A DNA stretch of 12,764 bases from Gemmatimonadaceae bacterium (GTDB lineage Bacteria; Gemmatimonadota; Gemmatimonadetes; Gemmatimonadales; Gemmatimonadaceae), in assembly GCA_044224875.1 (NCBI GenBank), contig JBGAJQ010000098.1, positions 1-12,764 on the forward strand. The letters run 5' to 3'. Position 1 is the first letter of the stretch, and the number at the start of each line of letters is the position of its first letter. This document shows, in pieces, positions 7,546-12,764 of this stretch. The notes beneath the pieces are model-generated. The model did no database searches, was not told the origin of the DNA, and worked only from the letters and a program-made list of their open reading frames with translations. A program made the position numbers and the translations under genes.

Positions 7546-8817
7546 CTACGGCTGGAGTGCGATCGTCGGCAATGATGTGTTCAGCAGCGTGTTTGGGCTG
7601 CCGGGACCGGCGTTGGTGACGACCCCGGTGGTCGCCCGGTTGACTAGAATCCTGCTGACCTGGGCAACGGACCACGCGGGTCGTTCGGAGCGAATGAGCG
7701 CCGCAGCTCCAACGACAAATGGCGTGGACATTGATGTCCCTGACGCATAAGCCGTAGAAGAATCGTCCGCGTTATACGCCGAGAGGATCTGCGAGCCCGG
7801 TGCGAAGAGGTCCAGGCAAGGGCCAATGTCCGAATAGTCGGCGCGTTCGTCCGGGGAAAGCGGTGGGACCAGGCCGTCGAAGCTGCCGGTGGCTCCGACC
7901 GTGAGCGCTGTCGGTACGCGCGCCGGAGACTGCGCGCACGCGTCGAGGCCGCCGTTGTTGCCGGCGGCGACCCCGTAGACCACGCCCGATGCAATCGAGT
8001 TGGACACAGCCGCGTCCACGGTGGCACTGGCGCCACCACCGAGGCTCATGTTGGCAACCGCCGGCGCGTGCGCTGCCGCGTCGGCCGTGACGAAGTTCAC
8101 ACCGTTGACGATGTCCGTTGTGGTGCAGGAGCCATCGGCCGCGCACACCTTCACGGAAACCAACTGGACGTTCTTCGCAACACCGAAGTTCGTGCCGCCG
8201 AGGATACCGCTGACGTGCGTACCGTGCCCGTTGTCGTCACCCGGAGCCGGCGGCGTGCGGACGAAGTCTGCCCCAAAGCGCGCCCGCGTTCCGAACTCCG
8301 AATGCGTGAGGAGAACCCCAGTATCAACGATGTAGGCGGTGGTGTTCGCGCCATGGCTGGGTGCGGCGTTCGAGATGACGTAGTTCCCATCCAGTGGGAG
8401 GTTCGACTCGCTGATGCGATCGAGTCCCCACGAGCAGTTGGCGTATCCGCCAGCGGAGCAGGGATAGACCGTGCTGATATGCATTACGGCGTTCGGCTCG
8501 ACCCACGCGATCACTGGGCTGGAGCGCAGCGCCGCCAGCTGCGATCCCGAAAGGCGCACGGAATAGCCGAGGATGGCGTCTTGCCACTGATCCATCACCT
8601 CACCGCCGAGCGTGCGAACGCGCGCCACCTCGGCCCGTAGGTCGGACCCGCCTTTCAGCACGACCATGTACTCGTTCGGAATCTGCTCAATGGAAGGATC
8701 GGCGGCGCTCGTGGTCATGGGTGCCAGAGGCACGGACCCCACACTGCTAAGGGCGTTGTCCGAGCATCCTCCGCAAACGACGGCGACGAGAAGGGCACTG
8801 GCCAGCTGCTTGTTCAT
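7546..8817 (-). CDS. S8 subtilisin-family serine protease (proteinase K/aqualysin-like) with I9 propeptide, probable lipoprotein
   Basis: Catalytic triad motifs YIVDTG, NGHGTHVSG and SGTSMSTPFV, plus ANMSLGG, AAGN, SPARV and DLFAPG. Propeptide IPNEYMVVLK...GYSVRLS...WVEPN and mature-region WGLDRI. GGAGG RBS upstream. Signal peptide ends VCGG-C. Confidence 0.96.
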   Translation of the reverse strand: MNKQLASALLVAVVCGGCSDNALSSVGSVPLAPMTTSAADPSIEQIPNEYMVVLKGGSDLRAEVARVRTLGGEVMDQWQDAILGYSVRLSGSQLAALRSSPVIAWVEPNAVMHISTVYPCSAGGYANCSWGLDRISESNLPLDGNYVISNAAPSHGANTTAYIVDTGVLLTHSEFGTRARFGADFVRTPPAPGDDNGHGTHVSGILGGTNFGVAKNVQLVSVKVCAADGSCTTTDIVNGVNFVTADAAAHAPAVANMSLGGGASATVDAAVSNSIASGVVYGVAAGNNGGLDACAQSPARVPTALTVGATGSFDGLVPPLSPDERADYSDIGPCLDLFAPGSQILSAYNADDSSTAYASGTSMSTPFVVGAAALIRSERPAWSVAQVSRILVNRATTGVVTNAGPGSPNTLLNTSLPTIALQP

Positions 8818-9033
8818 GGAACCTCCAGGTTGGTAAGAGTCGATACGACGCTGCTGTGCCCGAGACGCTTTAGTCGCATCGCCTTTTGAAAGGGACTCAC
8901 GTGTCCAACGAGCGCCCGTGGTGACAGGACGGGGCGGGGGCCATGTCGAGGTCCTCCGCGAGCACTGATTGTCACCCAGTCTCTTGATGGGACGTCGCTG
9001 CGCCTCGGAGCAGAAGTCGGGCGCAGGATGCTG

Positions 9034-9071
9034 GCTCGCTGTTACTGGGCTGTGCCGCTCGCCGTTACTGG
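9034..9071. repeat. Direct repeat GCTCGCYGTTACTGG x2, candidate regulator site upstream of the S8 gene
   Basis: 9034-9048 and 9057-9071 match at 14 of 15 positions with a 23-bp period. Confidence 0.55.
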
Positions 9072-9190
9072 CGCAGATAACGGTTGGCTTCCGCGCGGAC
9101 CGGGTCTAGTCCACGATGTCGCTCGACCGCTCTGGGGTGGCAACGCGTGATTGGCGTCAGCTTTCACCCGTACCAAAGCGCGGACCGTTC

Positions 9191-10297
9191 CTATCGTGGA
9201 TGGCGGTCGATCTCACCACGCGCCTCGAGCCAGGCGCGCTCCACCACGGGAGCGACAAAGAACCCGTCGAACGCGCGCTCGAGCTGCGGGTCGGCCTTGG
9301 CGAACTTCTGACGAATCGCCGAGAGGTCGATCGCCTTCCGCGTCGCCTCCAGGTCGAGCCCCTTTGCCACGGCGGCCGATGCTTGTTCGATGGTGGCGCG
9401 CAGCGCCTCGACCACGAGGTCGAGATAGGCCCAGTCGTACTGGATGGCTCCGTGTCCGGGCACCACCACGCGAGCGGGCAGGGTCCGGAGCGCGGTGAGT
9501 GTTCGCACCCAGTCACTCGGGAACGAGCCGAACGCGTAGGGCGCCGGATTCACCAGCAGGTCGCCGGTGACGAGCACTCGCTCGTTAGGTAGCCACACCG
9601 ACAGGTCACCGCGTGTGTTCCCTCGGCCGATGTATCGCACGACAATACGGCGCTGACCGCGAATCAACACGAGAGAATCGGCTACTGTGAGTGTTGGCGT
9701 CACCGGCACGATCTCGTGCAGGGCCGCCTTGGCCCACTGCAGCATGCCGATCTGTATCAGGACGGACTGGCTGTCGGCCGCCGTCATGGGCCGCCCGCTT
9801 CGCCCTACGCCCTTGGCCAGCGAACCCTGCGCGGATTCGATCATCGCCGGGATGTCGCGAGTCTGCGTCGTGTCAATGTCGGGGAGTTCTTCCTCCAGCA
9901 GGTCGATCAGGGTGTTCGGGTGAGCGATGAACTCCACCCCCGAAAACGCGTTCCGGTACGTTTGGTTGCCAAACCAGTGATCACCGTGCCAGTGGGTGGT
10001 GACGACATAGCGCACTGGCTTCGTGGTCAACTTCCGGATCTCGTCGAGCACACGCTTGGAGCTGGCGGGAGTCCACTGGGCGTCAACCACGACCACATCC
10101 TCATCGTTGATGATGGCAACACCGGTTCCGTCGACATTGGCCCCGCCACTGAGTGCGTTGTCGAAGACAAAGACATAGACGCCCGGCGCGACCTCGGTGC
10201 GGGTAAACGTGGGTCCCGAGTATGCGGGGACCTGCGCCGCCAACGACGCGGTGCCGCCGGCCAGCCCCGCGGACAGGATCAGGTGGCGAACTCGCAT
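9191..10297 (-). CDS. Secreted MBL-fold metallo-hydrolase (glyoxalase II/cyclase-like)
   Basis: VVVVDA, PVRYVVTTHWHGDHWFGN (HxHxDH), GRGNTRGD, VTGDLL and VVPGHG motifs. Sec signal peptide MRVRHLILSAGLAGGTASLAA-Q. Confidence 0.93.
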   Translation of the reverse strand: MRVRHLILSAGLAGGTASLAAQVPAYSGPTFTRTEVAPGVYVFVFDNALSGGANVDGTGVAIINDEDVVVVDAQWTPASSKRVLDEIRKLTTKPVRYVVTTHWHGDHWFGNQTYRNAFSGVEFIAHPNTLIDLLEEELPDIDTTQTRDIPAMIESAQGSLAKGVGRSGRPMTAADSQSVLIQIGMLQWAKAALHEIVPVTPTLTVADSLVLIRGQRRIVVRYIGRGNTRGDLSVWLPNERVLVTGDLLVNPAPYAFGSFPSDWVRTLTALRTLPARVVVPGHGAIQYDWAYLDLVVEALRATIEQASAAVAKGLDLEATRKAIDLSAIRQKFAKADPQLERAFDGFFVAPVVERAWLEARGEIDRHPR

Positions 10298-10362
10298 GTG
10301 CGGTGTGTTGGACGTGGGTGTTTAGGAAGCGAAGATCGCCAGCCGGCGCCGGGCGCGTCTTG

Positions 10363-10383
10363 AACGCTGTTGCACGCAGCGTT
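10363..10383. promoter_or_regulatory. Palindrome AACGCTG-N7-CAGCGTT, candidate operator between divergent genes
   Basis: Perfect 7-7-7 inverted repeat about 65 bp upstream of the MBL start codon. Confidence 0.35.
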
Positions 10384-10546
10384 GGCACACCTGCCCGCAC
10401 CTGCCGAAGGCGGCGTTGAAGCCATCTGGTGGTCGGGTTCCCGATGACTGAGAGGGGGTAGCCGCCCGATGTTCTGCCGAGATGCGCGACGCAAGCGTAG
10501 CAGAGATCCGTCGATGTGGTGAGTCGGCTTGGGGCGGAGGTCTGCA

Positions 10547-11005
10547 ATGAAAATGCGCATTGGGTTACGTCGCACGGTCGGGTCACTCTTGACCGCGACC
10601 TTGGTGCCATGGACCACCGGGTGTCACCACCGTGTCCAGTTCTCCCCCACATCACCGCCGGTGACCGGGAAGGCGGCTCACGTGAGAAGCCGCGCGCCTG
10701 CGACGGTCAACGTCATCCTCCAGGATGGCACGCGGGCCGTGATTGCACAGGCGATCGAGGCCGACGGCGTCCTGGCGCGGGCCGGGTCGGACTCGGTCCG
10801 CCTGACGAATGTCGTGGTGAAGCTGACGGATAAGACGCAGGCGCGATATCGGGAGGCTGCATTCGCCGTATCGTCGGGTGTCGTGATCCAGGCGGTGCGA
10901 CTCGACCTCGTTCGCACGGTGCTCCTCTTGGGGGGCGTCGTGATCATCGTGGGTGCACTGATCTCGGCGGGGTCATTTCGCACGGGGAGCTTCAACTTTC
11001 AGTAA
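10547..11005 (+). CDS. Hypothetical lipoprotein with a C-terminal hydrophobic helix
   Basis: GGAGG at 10536-10540 precedes ATG 10547. Signal MKMRIGLRRTVGSLLTATLVPWTTG-C. C-terminal segment RTVLLLGGVVIIVGALISAG. TAA stop followed by a hairpin. Confidence 0.75.
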   Translation: MKMRIGLRRTVGSLLTATLVPWTTGCHHRVQFSPTSPPVTGKAAHVRSRAPATVNVILQDGTRAVIAQAIEADGVLARAGSDSVRLTNVVVKLTDKTQARYREAAFAVSSGVVIQAVRLDLVRTVLLLGGVVIIVGALISAGSFRTGSFNFQ

Positions 11006-11025
11006 GTTGGCTGCGTTCCGCATCA

Positions 11026-11052
11026 GGTGGTCGGTCACGATGACCGACCGCC
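11026..11052 (+). terminator. Terminator-like hairpin after the 10547-11005 gene
   Basis: GGTGGTCGGTCA-CGA-TGACCGACCGCC forms a 12-bp stem (one G-U pair), followed by CTT, 20 nt after the stop. Confidence 0.62.
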
Positions 11053-11065
11053 CTTGGCGTTGAAC

Positions 11066-11094
11066 TTGCGCACACCCCACAGCTTTCCCATAGT
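11066..11094 (+). promoter_or_regulatory. Candidate sigma70-type promoter for the 11162 gene
   Basis: TTGCGC-17 nt-CATAGT, located just after the hairpin and about 67 nt before the ATG. Confidence 0.4.
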
Positions 11095-11161
11095 TGAGGC
11101 CGGCTCGCGCGGATCGCGCAGATTCGATCGGTTCAGGTTCAACCGCCTCATAGGGTCGCAC

Positions 11162-12764
11162 ATGTCGCCTAGAATCAGCCTCCTTGTTGCCGTGGCCGTT
11201 GTCGCCGGCTGCACCACTGACTCCGCCACGTCGCCGACCATACGGCGAACGGAGTCGAGCCTGAGCAGGGCGGTTGGTGGCACGTCGACGGCGAACGCCG
11301 TGGTGGTCCCGTTAGGCACCGTCACCGGATCGACCGAGGTGTACGCCACATCCGTCAACGCCAGCGGCAAGGCCGTTGGCTATGAGAAGTTCTGCGGAGC
11401 CCCGTGTTGGTCGACCAATGCCGGCGCTGCGCTGGTGTTCGAGCCAGTGGATTCGATCGCTGGCTTCGTCGGCCCGAATGATTGGTCTCGTCCATATCGC
11501 GCCTGGTCAATAAACGACGCCGGAGCGATCGCTGGAAGCGGCGCAGGGTACCCCGATCGCATCGTGTTCGCGTCGCAGGTGCAGGGAGGAGGAACCGCAT
11601 TTCTGCCAGCGCCTCCGATTGGCGGCGCCGACATCGGCAACTCATTGGGGCTGATCAACAACGCCGGCGATGTGGCCGGTACGTCGTACGTGAGCGTCTC
11701 GGAAGCGCACGCGATACTTTGGCAGCCGGCGGTAGGGACTTATACGGTCCAGGAGTTGGTCGTTCCTAACGCGACGGCGGCATACGTTGGTGGCATTGCG
11801 CCGAATAGCTCGGGCACGCATACCATCGTCGTGGGCACTGCGTCCGTTGGTGGGCCTCAGAACACGCCCTGGATGTGGCAGAACGGAGTGATGACGACGC
11901 TCCCTGGCTCGCCAGGCTGCATCCTTGGATCGGTCCCGCGGGATGTCACCGACGGAGGTCTGATCGTCGGCGATGTCTGTTTGGGCTCAGCCGGCGTTTG
12001 GCGCAATGGCACTCCCGAGTTCCTGAGCTGTCCGTTCGCGACCACGTCGTCTCGTGCCAATGCGGTGGCAGTCACCCCAGCGAACCGCACGCTGATTGCC
12101 GGAGTCTGTGGGCAGGCACCAGTCGTCTGGTATGACAACGGCATCGGCGGCTTCACGGGCGAGGTGCTCCCGCTGCTCTCTGGCGACACGGAAGGCGAGG
12201 CACTGGACGTCAGCAGTGGCGGTTACCTCGTGGGGACTTCGTCGGTGCCCGGCGCCATCAAGGCCGCGAAGTGGACCTATAACGTGCCGCCGATCGACGG
12301 TGATGGCGACGGCGTCCCGACCGTGATCGACAACTGCCCGACGGTGCCTAACGCGAACCAGGCCGACTTCGACCAGGACGGCATCGGTGACGTGTGTGAC
12401 GCAGACCCGGGGGCAAACCTGGCCCTGTCGTTCACGCAGGCGCCTCCGCCCATCTTCCTCAATCAGACGATCACCGTCAATCTGCGAGATTCAGACCTTG
12501 GACCTGGCGCTTCCACGGGCGCGACGCTGTTCATTCCCGGGACCCCAGGGTTCCGGTACGTCAGCGCCACTGGCGCGACCTGTGGGCCCGCGGTCGGCGG
12601 CCTTGGCTGCCAGCTTGGCCCGGTTGCTGCTGGCGGACAATTGAACTTCTCCCTCCGGTTCAAGGCCGTACAGCGTGGCACGTTTGCCGTTACGTTGACG
12701 CTCACGGGGCAACAGACGGACACCGCGCCAGCGAACAACACGTTGAACAAGACGGTCACCGTTC
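11162..12764 (+). CDS. Surface lipoprotein with HAF-like repeat propeller, thrombospondin type 3 repeat and DUF11-like domain; runs off the window end
   Basis: Hand translation gives 534 codons with no stop: [17 protein letters not shown]...[12 protein letters not shown]...[12 protein letters not shown]...INNAGDVAG...AHAILWQ...PWMWQNG...[10 protein letters not shown]...[12 protein letters not shown]...[35 protein letters not shown]...ANLALS...[10 protein letters not shown]. It is absent from the track, presumably because the stop lies outside the window. Confidence 0.92.
   Translation, partial: MSPRISLLVAVAVVAGCTTDSATSPTIRRTESSLSRAVGGTSTANAVVVPLGTVTGSTEVYATSVNASGKAVGYEKFCGAPCWSTNAGAALVFEPVDSIAGFVGPNDWSRPYRAWSINDAGAIAGSGAGYPDRIVFASQVQGGGTAFLPAPPIGGADIGNSLGLINNAGDVAGTSYVSVSEAHAILWQPAVGTYTVQELVVPNATAAYVGGIAPNSSGTHTIVVGTASVGGPQNTPWMWQNGVMTTLPGSPGCILGSVPRDVTDGGLIVGDVCLGSAGVWRNGTPEFLSCPFATTSSRANAVAVTPANRTLIAGVCGQAPVVWYDNGIGGFTGEVLPLLSGDTEGEALDVSSGGYLVGTSSVPGAIKAAKWTYNVPPIDGDGDGVPTVIDNCPTVPNANQADFDQDGIGDVCDADPGANLALSFTQAPPPIFLNQTITVNLRDSDLGPGASTGATLFIPGTPGFRYVSATGATCGPAVGGLGCQLGPVAAGGQLNFSLRFKAVQRGTFAVTLTLTGQQTDTAPANNTLNKTVTV

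Noticed and set aside
9093..9187. 10-bp direct repeat GCGCGGACCG (9093-9102, 9178-9187) as a target-site duplication
   Set aside because: It is short and GC-rich with no terminal inverted repeats inside, so chance is a sufficient explanation.
3587..10297. Antibiotic-resistance cluster (serine beta-lactamase plus metallo-beta-lactamase)
   Set aside because: Both proteins belong to broad hydrolase superfamilies and deviate from true beta-lactamase motifs. Fold membership does not show resistance.
266..11160. Integron cassette array
   Set aside because: Genes alternate in orientation, and I found no recurring RYYYAAC...GTTRRRY attC structure or integrase.
1..12764. Genome-wide TGA reassignment (genetic code 4 or 25)
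   Set aside because: TGA ends the PIN gene (263-265) and the serine hydrolase (4721-4723) at natural-looking C-termini, and no other gene needs TGA readthrough.

Overview
GC-rich bacterial DNA. The dense lipoprotein content with PKD, HAF-like, TSP3 and DUF11-like modules suggests Gemmatimonadota, which is an inference from protein style only. The window has about 10 genes in mixed orientation: the 3' end of a PIN/VapC toxin, then nine exported proteins, eight of them with plausible lipoboxes. These include a beta-lactamase-family serine hydrolase, a proteinase K-like S8 protease, an MBL-fold hydrolase and three modular adhesin-like proteins. Main observations: (1) the LamG-PKD lipoprotein gene (5132-6481) is one reading frame interrupted by a single in-frame TGA at a probable Trp position; (2) a >534-codon lipoprotein gene (11162 to window end) is missing from the ORF track; (3) that gene and the 772-aa lipoprotein (1070-3388) have unrelated N-termini but end in the same gapless 117-aa Ig-like module (59/117 identical by hand count), suggesting a modular surface-display family. 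I saw no rRNA, tRNA, CRISPR array, integrase or transposase, and I cannot support a clearly new multi-gene system from this window alone.
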